Shown: positions 47,661 through 62,890 of the stretch, in pieces | Position numbering within the stretch: the stretch's first letter is position 1 | How the letters are laid out: every line of letters begins with the position of its first letter | Source: Obrimoposthia wandeli | Lineage: Eukaryota | Reading direction: 5' to 3' | DNA: 64,000 nt | Assembly (NCBI GenBank): GCA_977020255.1 | Contig: CDROCS010003719.1 | Span: 372,001-436,000, forward strand | The notes under the pieces: generated by a model | Databases searched by the model: none | What the model was told of the DNA's origin: nothing | Seen by the model: only the letters and a program-made list of their open reading frames with translations | Translations under genes and position numbers: made by a program

Positions 47661-50600
47661 GGAACTAATATTTTTCGGTATTTGTGAATATCACAGAGAA
47701 ATGGTAAATAAATGAAAATTATGACTCACAAAATACTAAGTTATATTTGTATTTTTAAAAAATACATTGTACTCCTATTAGATTTTTAAAAATATTTTTA
47801 CACTAGGGGAGACAAAACCTTTTGGAGTTGACTTTATAATGATAAAAGAAAATTTAATTTTTTTTTAAATTTTATAAAAATAACTAATAGCTAACCCAAT
47901 TTTGAATGTTTTTAACCTTAATTTTCACACTTATACCAGTTTGAAAAACAGTATTCTCAGGATTTCATTAAGATTTTTTCCAGAGACATCGCCAGGCTTC
48001 TGTCCGAAGACTGATTGTCGCTATTAGACACTGAAGAAGATTCTGAATTATTATTTCCAAAACCGTTTGTTTGTTTATCAAAATATAGAAGTAGATCCTT
48101 TCATTTTTTTTCATCATATCGTCTCTCGTTGCACTTTTTTTTCTTCTTTTTTTTCTTACCCGATTCATGACATCTTTTATATCCATCGGCCATTGTGGGC
48201 TAATTTTTGTAAAACGAAACCTTTAGAATATATTTTAAAACAAATAGTACACGGTTAAAAATATTTAGTTTCAAAATTATCCTTCAATCCAAAATGTATT
48301 CTTTAATTCGTTATAGATTTGTTTAGCGATTAAAATATAATCAAAAATCAATAATAATATGGGTTTTTAAGACACATGAGTTCTCCAATTGCATAGGGTC
48401 TACAAGAGTATTAATCCGCCCTTGGCATCTGATAGCACTGCATAACAAATTATAACTTTTAATTTTCCCCTTTAACGAAATAGAATATTTTTAATATGAA
48501 TGTAAAATTAAAAAATCCTTCTGCTCAGATTTTAAAATATCGATATGGTCAAAAAATACTTTTTATACACAAAATAACGATTAGACATATATATAAAATA
48601 AAATATTTAGTTATAACCATTAATAATTAGGTACAAATTGTTTTTGTTTCTATTGGATTTAATAGTCGCAAACGTGAGCCAAGTATTTCAACTTGTCGCT
48701 TAGAAAGTTCCAAATCTAAGTCATTAAACTGATCTTGACTTATTAGTAAATTTCTTTTTTCCTAAAATTCTTTAGTATTTACGTCTTATTTAGAAATTTT
48801 ACATATTGCAGTGATAATTTAATTATATAAAAATACAAATATTAAAAATTTACTGTTTCACATAAATCAAAATTTCAATAGTGTTGTAAATTTTTTAATC
48901 AATTCTATTTGATGAAGGCAACTTATTTAGTGCAATGGAATCTGCTTCATAAATAGCGAATATGTTCTGAACAAAAAATCAAAATCGTCACTATAGTTTA
49001 AAAGTTACATTTAAATCTAAATTTTCCACCAAAAATACCAACAAAAAAACAGAAAAATAATGTTAGTTAATCATCGGGAAATAGGTAGTGTATGTAAATT
49101 CTCGATTACCACTAGAAACATCCAGCTGGATGATACAAAGAACTCCTGTGGGATATTATCGATGCCTGGAGGACTCCGTGGCTCCAATTGTAGGAATTGG
49201 GGGATAATTGACCAAGGACTCGTCAAGCAGTGTAACTCTATGGGTCAATTGAATCACCCGGTTGCTTCTATGTCTCTGCCTCTCTCTCTCCCTTTCAATT
49301 CCTCTTTCTCCAGAAGCTACCAGCTAGAAGTGAAACCAAATGACTAGGTACTGCTTGTGATTTATGTATCGGTGAACCTCTGCTATTTTGAAGTCCCCCA
49401 CTTTCAAAAATGTTGTCACTTTTTCCAAGAGAATTAATTAATTCATAAATAACCGTTAAAATTCACAGATCAATCTCAATAGACTTCATGAACAGGTCTG
49501 TGGAATTCTGTCAAGTACCACAATCATTTATATAATGTTCTGACAAATTTAGATTCAAACAGATCTAAATCGTCTACTATTGTAAGAGCGTTGTAGAAAT
49601 ATTCTGATGATAAAGTCAAATAAGATATTTTTAGTAGAGAATGAGTCACATTAAGTAGGATTTATATTCTTCTAATTATGCTTTAACATAGGAAACAATA
49701 ATTATGTGAATTTATCCACTGTTTCTCCCAGATGAGTGCACAGCCTGGTTGATTGTATAACGTTCCAGTAACCTATTGGCAGCTCGTTATTATGAAGTGA
49801 ATAAGGTGCAGAATTGACACAAAGAAAATATTTGGTGAAAATAAGCGATGTAAGCTCATATTTAATATTTAAAACAGAGATTACGTTTCGGTCGGTTTCG
49901 AGATGGTTGTAGATTAAATAGTGGAAAATAGAGGTACATAAAATATTCATTTAGTGGTATATTATAGCTCATTTTGTTTATTATACATTTTGCTGGTTTT
50001 CGAAATGAAATTAAACACAATTTGCTGTGTCAGAAAATCACAAACAAAAACAAAACGGCTAAATGTTGATGCTGGTTCCGTGCTACGTTTTCCTCAGTAT
50101 AGCTGGTATTTGGAGAGAAGTTGAATGCATCATCCTCAACTTATTCTCAAACTGTAACTAGGTACGATGTGAGGCTTCCTTCATTGAAGTCGTGTGATTT
50201 AATAGGAATGCCCTGGGAGTCTAGTAAACAGAACTGACGATATGGGATGAACCAAACATTCATTTTCACAAACGAGTAGTTTTTATATATTTTGAAATAT
50301 TTCGTTACTCAATAATCACTAGAATGTGGGGATGTGCATATCGTAGTGTTTAAGAGTAGCTCGACAACATATTGGGTGTTTTACATCATAAAGATCCGTT
50401 GGTCGAACGGTGTGAGTATCATCATTATGGAGATCAGAATTTCCCAATCATAAATCAGGAAAATGTCTGAATCGGACCATCCTATCTGGATAAACAACGC
50501 CATAGCGCAATGCATACAATATTTGACAGTAAAATTCCTGCTTTGAGAACAAAAACTCCATAGTCACCCATTTTGTCATTTTCGCTACATTAAATTTGTA

Positions 50601-51321
50601 AACAAACGGAATTTTACGCCTTTTTTGAACCCGTTATGCAAGTGTTTGGGGAATACGCGACGCTGTTCGGCGTATTTTGATCAGATATCAAGGCTCTTGC
50701 GCTGTTTTCATCCGCTATCGAAATTTAGCAATGTTCCAGCCGATCTGAATATGCAATGCGACTTTGGTTTGAAATACAAATTAAACCAGAAAAACGGTGG
50801 TACGTTTTACTAACCTATAGGTCATGAGACATGTTTCTTTGTTCATATAGTCACGTGTTTGTCATTGTTTGGGAACATTTACATTTGTCTTGTCGCGGAT
50901 GAAAACAGTGAAATGTAGCTGATAAATTCGTAGATGTGAACCACAAAATATCGCACAATATTGTCTAATTGTCATATGTATTAGACTTTAATGTGTGAAA
51001 ACAAAAAGTCATAGACAGGCCTTTGACTTTAACGCCAAGTTAAAACCAACCAAAAAATTTGCTATTTTTTTTAAAATTGTAAACTATAAATTGTGACTAA
51101 CGTACTACCTTTATTTATTAATAATATATTTATGCATAACTTAAGTTTTACTTTTCAATAAATGTAGAAATTACAAAATATTTTACACAAACAGATAAAA
51201 AAGTTAATTTTACAAACTTTGGTAAAATATTGTTAACAAGTGCTTCTTACAAATAAAATGTTCTAAGAAATGAAAAGCAGTTTTGAATAAACTTTGCTTT
51301 AACTTTTTCAATATGCATGTG

Positions 51322-51885
51322 ATTAGGTGGTTGTGTCCGGTTTAATCCACTTTACCCACTCATCCGTCAAGGAAGCACCACAGGCCCTAAAAACCGTACA
51401 GGTATGTATGGAGTAAAATTTAATGCTTATTTGAAATTTTTCACATCCGACCCCTAAGTGTGGACCTAAGTACTCAAAAAGAGATCAAAGAGATTATAAA
51501 AAACACTGGATACTTTTTGTTTGAAAATATGACTAGATTTATTATGCAGTTTAAGAGTAGATTTAAACGTGAGGACTTTTAGTGATGACATAACGGAAAT
51601 TTCAAAAGCTAACCTAAATGGAAGGTCAAGAATCGTAGGTATGTGCTCGAACTCGCTCTTGATGGTATTCAAGTATCCTATGTGATTAATCTTCCAATTT
51701 CAGTTCACGACCTTGAATGCTCGTGTGCAGTTGAAAAGTTTATGTATGTCTCAGTTTGAAAAAATCTGTACATGTATGAATATTTTTACAGACAACCATG
51801 AATTTTCACTCTATTCATACATGCACGGTTTAAGTGAACATAAATCTCCCCTAGGGGTACAGAGGGTGGATTAGACCTGACATTT
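51322..51885. mobile_element. Degenerate ~560-bp element bounded by family-B Maverick ends
   Basis: ATTAGGTGGTTGTGTCCGGTTTAATCC at the left and GGATTAGACCTGACA at the right, each next to a half of the family-B hairpin. Confidence 0.55.
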
Positions 51886-54800
51886 TCGGAAAATATTTGT
51901 TGTAGATTGTATATGTAGTTCATGAAGAAATAAAGCAAAATACTTTATTTAACAGAGCTTATTGAAGGATGTTTAACTTCAAGGTGTAAGAAATTTCAAA
52001 CATTAGATTTATGTCTGTGGTGTCTAATTCTATTTTACATAATACCATACCATTTTTTAATATCATTAATTACATTCCAAAAGATTAATAAAAAACATGT
52101 ATTTCATAAAATAACTAAAGATATGCACATGTTCTATACTCAATAAAGAAAAAATATATATGTGACAAATGACTTATTTTTCCGATAAATTTCATCAATA
52201 TATATTGCACTACTACAGTTGCTATCTAATTTTAATATGTCTGTAAGATGAGTGTCTGTAAATCTGCTTCACTTCTCAGATTGAATATTTTAATCAAAGA
52301 AAACAACTGTTCATACCTGTATGTACTTCCAGACATAGATACATTTGTATTGCATTCTTAAAACGTGTTGGGTTTTCTTATTTTTTTAATATTTCTTATA
52401 AAATTACAGCAGACATCCTTCCCTGCGAGTAACTGTCACATAGACCTTGGTTTGAAATTCGTTTAATTCTATTTGATATTTATCATCAATTTCATTCACG
52501 TATGTTTTGATCAATGATTTATAATAGTAACATAGTCCTCAGGTTGAATTACAACCGAAAGAAGTGTACCTATATTTTAGATATAACGATTTGTTTAACT
52601 ATACACTTTCATTCATAATAAATGTGATCAAATTAATATGTACACAAACAGCCGTTAGGTAAATAGTTTTGAATATGAAATGGAAATCCCATGTGAAAAT
52701 TTTACAAAGAGTTACATTTTTATTAGAGTAAAAATAACCTTGTTAGTTTTAAATAATATTTATAAATCATACTTTGCTAAGCACATATTTTGGTACATTC
52801 AGAGCAATTTAAGTGTAACCAATGGGAAATATGCACCCAATTAATCGATTGTAGTTTATTTATAACTATCGAAAGTTTTCTAATTATAAAGGATTTTAAT
52901 TAAGCTAGTGCTCAACAACAAACTTTAATAATCTTAATTCATTTGGATTTTATGAACGCAATATTTTTGGAGAATTAGAAAAAGAAACATTTTACCAATT
53001 TTTCAAATTGAACTGTTTACCCTAATAATTCTGTAAATCTATCTGTTATCTTGTGACACTTTTCTAAGAATTTTTTAAGAAACACTTACCCTGTTTTTAT
53101 TGCATACTGTTCTTTCTTTTCCGATCAATACCTAATCTTAAAAAGATCTTTAGGGCACCTATTTCATATCGAGAGGGTTGAAACTTCTGCTGCTTTGTTC
53201 TGCCTCCACCGTCTAATATGTTGTTTATATCATAGATTTCGAACCTGATCCAGGCTGACCATGAGTGGTCCATATCGAAATTGTTTAGAAATGACATCAA
53301 ATAGTATTTTACACAAGACATTTGCATGAAGACTGCAACTGCATAGCTAGAAAGTAACTAGTGTAATCAAATTTGTATTTTTTTTTTTATTAAAACGATA
53401 TTAAAATGTGGTCTATAAAACTTTTGACATTATTTTTATGATCTATATCCTGAAAACGGCCAGGAGAGTATCGATTACAGTTTATAATGTAAAGTAAAGT
53501 TTGTACACTGTAATTAACCTCTTGGTTAACGATAGAAGTGGAGTAGCACATTTAAAACGGGTTAAATGTATTTAAAAGCAAAAATTGCTATTAGATTTAA
53601 TTATTAGAATATTATAAGAACGGAATGTTGTAATGTTTGCATTATCATGTTGCATTTGTGTTAGAAATAAAACGAATTTTCTTGGTTTGAGTAAAATATA
53701 TTATACAAAGAATTATACGTCAAAAAATGAAAGTTTATAATAATGAAAAACGATTGACTGCAGAATAACAAAATGAAAAAAGAGTCACTGAAAATTAATT
53801 ATCAATGCTTCGGTTGTTCAATAACACTCAGAGTCCAGTTGTTACTATTTACCAGGGATTTCGTTAAAAAGGTAAGTCGTTCTTTTCGAATTGAGTTAAA
53901 TACAATGTTTGCGACAATTATTGGGGTCAAATGTTCTGATCCGATAAACTCTGGGACAGTATGTTCTTTCTCATAAATGCTTTTCGAAACTGCCACCTAC
54001 TTCATTGGTCTTCTCATTTTCATTGTGTTCTACATTTGGCAGGAACGTCTTGAAACATGTTGTTTGCAAATTTTTGAAGTTTGAATAATATTAAAAAAAC
54101 GTTTAAATGTGATTAGATAATTTTCAATATCTTCGGCATTTCATAAATCTGGAGGCTTAAAATAAAAGTACAGTATGATCCAAAAGTCTCTGTTACTAGA
54201 AAAATTAAAACTTCATTTAGATGAAATTTACATTCTATGGTCATGTAAAACAATGGGATCAGGCGAGTGCATCTGGTGATGTCAATAAGGCTGCAATTGC
54301 GGAATGTGTGAAAGAATATCCAACCAATGCGACGACTTTCTTCCCAATTATTAGACATTTTTATGTGTCGACTCAACGTTAGTTAGACAAAGGAGGCTAT
54401 CACCCCTAAAGGTATTTGCATGCTCATTTTTGTTTGTTATGCAGACGATGATTGTCGACTTGACTTTTGTGGAGGGATGCCTAATATATGTCTGTAACCG
54501 GCTTTCACCTAAGGTTCACATTCTCAGATGAATGTGTAATTCACCTCAATGGAACAATGAACCTAATGCACTTAAGTGTCTGGTATAGTTGTCTTGTTAG
54601 AAAACCAGAGATCACGTAAATTTGCATTCTGATTAAAATAATTAACGCCTGTTCTTAATATTGAGCAATGCAAACATGTCACTCCAATCAAGAGGAAAAC
54701 CACATGGGTAAACCACAGTATACACTATCATTGACGCGGCAATTTCAGAAGTAGCCAGGGCACATGTGGAGGGTAGACAAATTTGATTGGATAAAAGCAT

Positions 54801-57472
54801 ATTAGAGACAAAAAGCTGATCTTGTAATATTCTGATGTGTTGCATCAACACGAAATAAGTCAGTCTCTTGATCAATATGCAAATAGGTTAAAGTAACTAA
54901 TTGGCTACATTGTTTCTCGGTGCTGAGTTTTGAATATTTAAATGTTTGAATGTTAATTATTTCTGATCGAAGAGGCAATTTAGTCGAGAATGTCCCAAGT
55001 GAACGTCAGTGGAAAACGAACTGCTGGTGATGCTGATATTGTGGCAGTATTAGTTTTCATTTCTCAGCTAAAATAGATTAAAATGTTTCCTTAGAATATT
55101 TTATTTGTATCCTAATTTTTGTGTGGACTGTTTAATTAATGATGTATTCCATACCATTTACAATTTTGTATCACAAGAAGATCACTTGATTTTTAAAGTT
55201 ACAAAATCAAAGAATAATTTCGAAAATATGTCGAAATAACTTTTGAAAAAATTTTAAATTGTAGATTTTCTGAAAATGACAATCTGAAAATTTTAAATAT
55301 CCTAATAATTAAAATGTTATAATATTATTAAGGTTTACTTACACGTTAATCTCAAATCAGTCTGCATTTAACCGGTAACATGATAATCAGGCAATTCCGC
55401 AATCCCTGATTCAGACAATTTATATATTTTTGAAAATTATATTTGACAAGATAATTAAAAATAAATAACTTATTATTAGTAACTTCTTTCAATGCATTTT
55501 TTTTGAAAATTTAAAGAATTTTTTAATACGAAAAATTTCAAGAATCATTATGGAATAATTTTTATAATGATATGTTTAAAAACACTTTTACATACTTTAT
55601 TTAATTTTATATTTTTAAAAGTACCAAGAAAAGTGTGAAGGAATTGAACTTAATAAAAAATAATGTTCAAGAATTGAGGGGTATCTTTGAACTGGACAAT
55701 GAAAATGTCAAAAAATAGACTACTTAAACCCATTAATATCTAAATTCTTTATCTTAATTTTTTTCAATTTATTTTCCACATTCCTTTTTTATAACTCAGT
55801 TTTACTTTGTTATACGTCACTGAGATTTATTTTATATATATAAAATATTATTTATTTTAATTCCTTGTTAAGATGTTTTACCTATAATAATAAATATTAG
55901 ATCAGTGGATGTTAATGAGTTAATATTAAACATGCAGTTTTACAATATTTGATAAAAATATAAGAAAATAATGAAATTAAGAAAAAAATTAACTAACAAA
56001 TATTACAGTTTGCCAAAGAAACCTTCAACCGATACCTTTAAGCACGAGGGGGAGTGGTACAAAGATGCATTTGGATGCCAGGGCTGGGTTAGCACATAAA
56101 TCTTCTTCGTATGGTTACTGATTGGTTTTTTTATGCGTAAAATGTTGTGTATACGATAACATAAAAGTCCCCAAATCTATTGCTGTGTGGTGTGAGGCTG
56201 AATCATAAGCCGGTTAAGCCGAATTTGAATTTATATTAATAAATAGTCTGACAATTTACATATCGGGTAATTAAGTCTTAACAAATAATGTTCTCTCTGT
56301 TACAAACACACATGCGCATACATTCAAATACACACTAGAAAGATATAATTATAAACTTGTATTACTATCATTTTAAACATACATACAAATGTAAATACAT
56401 AAAGTGTCAAGTTTTTTTATTGTAAAACGAGATTACCATTGTTGCACATAATGTACATACACCCTTTAATTATCTAGTATTTAACTAATATACGTATTAC
56501 AAATATAGTTTTTTTTAATAAATATGGACCAATTACTTTTAAAAGAGAGTAATGCAATTCTTATATACTCTTCTTGGAGTAGTTAAATGATGCATTTAAA
56601 CAAATACATTTTACAATATATTACAAAAATTTAAATAAATAAAATAAATGTGATAATCTAAATACATTGATCTAATTAAAATAAATCAAAGTAAACCAAT
56701 ATTAATAAAAATACATGAAGTAATCTGGAAAACAATTCATTTGAAAATCTTTAACAAAAGCTTTTCTATCTTTGTTTAAATTTAGAAATTACTTTTGAGC
56801 AAAAATTAAAAGACAAATTTTTTATGTAGAAATGTTGTAAAAAATGTAGTACAATAAATTTTAAAAATATTTTATTTTGGCGTCAATCTTTTTTAAAAAT
56901 TAAAAAACGTTTTCTAAATTCTACAAAAAATAAAATTTTGAAGGTTTTAAACCTTTATAGGTCAACCTTCGAAGGTCAGATCAAGGCCAGATCAAGTGCA
57001 ATATGATTACCTTCTCAAAGTTAAAAAATAAAAGTTTTGAAGGATTTAGACCTTTGTAGATAAACAGTCGAAGCTCTGACCAAGGTCAGAATTATTATAT
57101 ATAATTTTTAAAAGTAGAAAATTAAAACATATGACAGTGCAGTAAAATCAAAATAAATTATTAAATAACAAGAACAAACTTTTAATATTTTTGTACATTT
57201 TTGTAAGTTTTGTATTCCTTTATTCGTTAAGTAAACCTCTAATTAAATATTGTGAATACTGATGAGTCAGTGATGACAGTATAAATTACAATTTTTGGTA
57301 TGTTAAATAATTTATTGAAGTTCACCATTGCAGCCAATTTAAAAAATGTGTAAAAATTTAACTTCTAGCAAGGAAATAATGCACCCCTAGCCTTAATAAA
57401 GTTAATGTATTTACGCAAATTATATATAAATGATTTCGAATCAATGTTAAATATTTATCAAACACACATTAA

Positions 57473-57689
57473 CCGTTTAACCGCCAACGTTCCAATATTG
57501 GAACATCATTTCAGATATATATGTTCATTTCGTACATCGTGGCCGCCATGTTCTATTATTGGAACATGCTAGAAATCAGTGAAAGTGATGGCATTGTAAA
57601 CTAAATTTTTTACAAAACTCTTAGAATGTCTAGTTAATAATAATAAAACAAATTAAAATTAACTGCAACATGTAGCGGCGGCTAAACGA
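57473..57689. mobile_element. 217-bp piggyBac-type MITE
   Basis: TTAA on both sides. Ends CCGTTTAACCGCC and GGCGGCTAAACGA (11/13 inverted). Confidence 0.75.
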
Positions 57690-57816
57690 TTAAGAGAGAA
57701 ATAAGCAGTAAAATGAAGAATAATTTGCCCTTAGTAATTTCAAAATATTAAATAATATAATATAAATATGTATTAGTACTGCTCTAAATGCATAGTAACC
57801 AAGAAAGTGTGCCACA

Positions 57817-59370
57817 AGTAAGTGGATATGTCCGGTCTAATCCAACCTTCCCCTCCACGAAACAGGCTACCACTGTTTTTTTAAATCGTGCATGTGTATG
57901 GAGTGAAATTTCGTGAGTGTATAAAAATCTATACATGTGGCCCGATGAGCAATATAAATACATATAAAAATTACTCCGTAAATAAGCACCGTAGTAGGAT
58001 GCGTTAAAGCTGCATTGAACTTAATTTCTAGTCATAAATTTCAAATTTTGTTTGGTAGTTGACTTTAGTTTATATTAAAATCTGGTGCCAAAACAAATGT
58101 GAAGAACGGACAGCTGATTTAAAACTCAGTGAAAGAAATACCATTGCTTATATTTTTATCTAGTTGACCCAAATTTTGTATAATAGATTGCGTATAAGCC
58201 AAAGCATAAGCGGTACCTTTAAAATCTGTTTTAAAGGTTTCACTATAATCGCTATTTCTTGAAAGTGTCACAGAACCCACATTAAGATTGTAAAATTGAG
58301 TTACATCTGTCCTATAATTTCCTAGAAACTTTGCAGTTCTTTGAAATAAAATTAAAACAAATTTCGGCAATCTTACATCGCCTAAAATTTGATTCTTATT
58401 AAAAGCTTGTGTACCTGTACCCAAAGAATATGTTATAAATTTAGTTTCTCTACTAGGATAACAAGCATTGGTTTTTTTCATTTCTACATTATGTGCCATT
58501 AAAACTGATTGCTCGGTTTTAACTCTTTTGACATATAATTTTGCATCCAAAATATCAAGTCTAGGTCTTAGAACGTCTGTTCTTATCAAAGAAATATTCC
58601 ATTGATTGCGTTTCAAATGAAGAAGTACATTAACACTGGGCATTAAATATTTCGGTTTTTCAAAGAAGTTCAATCTTAAAGACCCACACATTTCATATGC
58701 TTTAGATTCTACAATCCATTCTTTGCGTGTCGCAACCATTTTATCAAAACCTATGGTTGCCAAATTAGTATTTTGAGTATCAGTTTTATAATTCAATAGA
58801 GTTTCAATCAAAGCTTTATGAGCATAGAAAGAATTTCCACCTTCAAGTTTAACATTATTAAGAGTAACAATAGCATCACTAAATAAAGAATTAAAAAGAT
58901 AATTAACATATATTACATTGGCATTTTCTGCTAAATAGTACCATCTCAATTTGTTACTTTTATTTGAACATAAAGCAAAGTATCATTCAAATCTAAATAA
59001 TCACTATTGGAATCATTAATATTAAATTCTAAATCGGTTAAAGTGGTGCCTGAAACTGAGTTAACTATAAATATTTCTTCAAAGGAAGCATTATCTACAA
59101 CTACTTACAGAAGATGTTTATCAAAAATACACAATTCGTTTTTGGCGCAATTCATTTTGCAAATATTGTTTCTTTAACTTTCTTGTGTTTGTTTATATTA
59201 ATTTTTTGCTTGTTTTTATGTATAATTCCACTACCTTCTTAATTTTTATTTGATTTACCTTTTCTAATTAAATTAGCGACGTCTGGTAAAACATTATCAA
59301 TTTTATGAAGTGCATGCTTCTTAAAAGTTGGTATTAGTTTATTATCCTTAGATGAAAGGTTGTCCTTTCA
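57817..59370 (-). mobile_element. Degraded Maverick fragment D with a family-B terminus
   Basis: AGTAAGTGGATATGTCCGGTCTAATCC at 57817, a hairpin half at ~57880-57915, then hexon and PW remnants. Confidence 0.8.
57970..59155 (-). pseudogene. Divergent major capsid protein with stops and frameshifts
   Basis: MNCAKNELCIFD...YLDLNDTLL...LKLEGGN...LDILDAKLYVKRVK...FVLAPDF. Confidence 0.88.
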
Positions 59371-62300
59371 TAATTTTGATTTAAATCACAGGAGTCTCTT
59401 TAAAAGATGAAAGGCAAATTTAAATTATGTTCTTAGCCAGCATTTAGATCAATAAAGGAACCAAATTTTTAAAATTCAATTTAAAATTTTTATTTAAGAA
59501 CAAAGAAAAATACATCACTCAATTAATTTGAAATGGTTACACTGCTTTATTAGAATTTATTCAAGCTGAATCATAATCTAACATACGTTCAATGCAATTA
59601 TATAATGATAATTTTTAATTATATAATAGTAGAGTTTAACGGTAAAATTATGCGATAAAAAACATATACATGTATTTAGATATTATATATTAGAAATTAG
59701 TCAGTTTAAAAAATAGTAATTAATGCTAATATTTTTTATTGAAATTAAAATAATTTAAAGTTTATAATTTTACTAGAAATAAAATAAAATAAGAATTTCA
59801 TAAAACTTTCACTTTTATTTTTATTAATGACATTATTTAAAAATTTGTTTTACATAATTACATTATTAAATGATTCTATATTACTAATTCAAATAAATTT
59901 AACCACATGTTTATTTCAATTTTTCTAAATTAAATATTTTTAAAATTACAATGAACTAAATAGTATTAAAGGTTTTGATTATTTAAACATATAAATGACA
60001 CACTATTTATTACTGTTAGTAAGTAGATATCCTTAATAAATAATTTTGTTTAACTAGTTGTTATTTAAATTTTATTTGTTTTACTTTTATATTGTACTCT
60101 ACTGTCTTAACTAGCATTTTGGAAAAAAATGGTTTACTTTTAAATACAAAAAGTTTTAAAAAATTCAGATTTACAATATGATTTAGGTAAATTTAAAAAA
60201 TAATACAGAATTAAATACAACAGATTATAAATTAAATTTAAACAATTATTATTTTTTTTATTAAATTATTAAGGTAATAAAAATTTTATCTAATTTAATA
60301 TATTATACAAAAGATCCAACTCAAAATGCATGCTAATCTAGAGACACATCAGCTAACAATGTGAATTTAGTATTCGTTTCGTATAAATTTGATTCTCTAT
60401 AAATGCACGATCTTTCTACGATAATATCAAATTTTGATATTTGATAATTTACATAATTGAAAAATTATACTAGAAAAAAATCTACAAATCCATGTTGTTT
60501 GATGAATATTTGTGAACTTTCGAAAGGGCAAATTACATTTTAAATGAATGCCAAGCTCTGTGTTGGGATTTTAAAAATTAATTAAGTCATTTTGAACTAT
60601 ATTTTTTGAATAATTTGCAGGAATACATGATTAAAAATTGATTTGTTTTTGCTCTATTCGGAAAATTTTGTTAATTAACATCTGCATGAAGCGTGAATTT
60701 ATTATACATGATTACAAGATTTTAAAACTGATATAAATATCTAATGTGATAACATAGTATTATTTGTTATCAATGCCTCCGTTCATCTAATCGTTGTAAA
60801 TATATATAATTGTGGAATCATAGACACTATTATAGTGTTTTAATGCAAGTTTTGTGTTCTAACTCTTTCATGGTGACAGTTTGGTAAAATATTATAAACA
60901 AGTATGTCTTCGTGATTCGTAGCATAGTTAATATAGCTTTTGAGTACGCTAAAAAGTCTAAATCACAGCCCGTACGTGTTACAAACTATGTCTCTTAATG
61001 AAATATCTAAAAATAATTAATAAGGTTAAACCTATTTAAAATATTTAAAAGCATGATGACAGCATTTTCTATGATGAAAGTAATATCATAGTGCTCTTTT
61101 CTTTAGAGAAGCAGTCATGTAAATATTGACAACCGTTTACATGTAATTTTTAAAGCACAATAAACTCCAATTACAATGCAATAGTTATTATAGTTTTTAA
61201 TTTTCTTATTTATGTTAATGAAATTGTAACGAATTATTTTAAATCTTAATACATTTTATAATAAGTTATCAAAAATTATTGTGATTTAATTGTCATGTTA
61301 AAAGTAAATGTTCAGAATGTCGTTCATACAAAATATGTATATTAAACATCACAAAAAGTATTTCATTCAATTGTTATAGATTTTGAATGTTTATCTAAAA
61401 TAACTGCTTCAAAACCAGCTGCAGATTAATGTTTTAATAGTGATATACCTAATTGACTTTATTTATATAATTTTAAATTAATTTCGAATATCATAATAAA
61501 TATTTAGTTTTAAAATTGAGCAAACATGTTTATTTCCAATAAATGTATTTACTTAATCAAATGTTAATTTCCAATAAATATATTTAGTAAATCAGATGCA
61601 TCAGTTAATATTCCATTACAACAATCACACAGCCACCAGTCTATTTATAGTACTCTGGATAAAACTGGGAATTCCCTGCTCTGCACACACATGTGCAGCC
61701 GGGAATTATCACAGTTGGTTCGGCACTTGGGCATATGGGATTTTGTGCTGGAATTTCCCGGTTCAGCAGCTTAGACGCGATAGGGATCATTGGTGCACAT
61801 AATTGCCAGATGATCCAGGGAGTGAGAGTGAAAGTGAATGAAAGGATGGATGAGAGGATATATGAGAGGATGGATGGGAAAGTATATGAAAAAGATGAAT
61901 GAGAAAGTGGGTTTTATGATAGTCAGTTTGACAGTTGATCCAGAGATAACGGCGACAAAGGCTTATGTCGAGATTGACTGCTATATTCCCGGCCGACTTA
62001 AGTATCCTGGTCGACTTCCTCCAGGAAAAACCTTTTATTAACTGCAGTTTTCAAAATATATTATATTCTACTTCGCGGTAAATATTTATTACGAAATAGT
62101 AGATAAGACCTATTTGGCGGCCCGATCAGTCTGTAAGAAAGAAACAGCCAAAAGTGCTGGTCATCGTGGTCTTCTTGAAACTTGCCGTAGGCATTTTGAC
62201 TAATTAACTTTAATAATCCAATTAATATTAATTGTTTTTTTTTAAAACTTAGAATTTTAAAAATACAATTTATTCATTAAAATATTCTCACACAAAAAAT

Positions 62301-62890
62301 CCAATATTTCTTTAAACTAAATATCAAAATACTACTTCTGAAATACACACAAAAAACACAAACATTTATATGATTATCTCGAGCATTATGCCCAACAAAC
62401 ATTAAATTTTAAAATTGACTTTCTTTTACTTTGAAGACATCCAAGTTAATGTTTTCTAAATATCGTCCTTTAAAAAATCTACTTGTATTAATGGAAGTTT
62501 TGTACACTAAAATTAAAATTTTTTATCATGATACAAACTTTAAAATATATTTTTTAACAAAATGGACTCTCCTCCATATAATCCCCTGACATTCAAATCT
62601 AGAAGATAAATTGAATGTTGATTTTCAAGGATTACATGATGGTATGAAGATCAGAAAATTATAGAATCTTAGATTCTCATTTTTATGATTTTTTAAATAA
62701 ATTTTTTCTAAATAAATTATGTGATAAATTTGTTTATTACATATGTACTTTTGATTGGTTTACTTGATACTATTGACTGTATTATATTTGCTTACTTAGA
62801 TCAGACACACTAAATTAAATCAAATATCAATTGTAAATTTTTTTATTTATAAAATAAAGAACTGTTTAAAGCTGTATTGATCGACTATTT

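Noticed and set aside
44484-55000. Short ORFs at 44.5, 45.1, 48.0, 49.1, 50.6, 53.1, 53.8 and 54.1-54.9 kb
   Set aside because: No recognisable motifs or consistent splice structure. They could hide host exons or old transposons, but I cannot support a call.
59600-60600. Very AT-rich stretch suggesting a mitochondrial insertion
   Set aside because: No recognisable rRNA, tRNA or mitochondrial protein motif.
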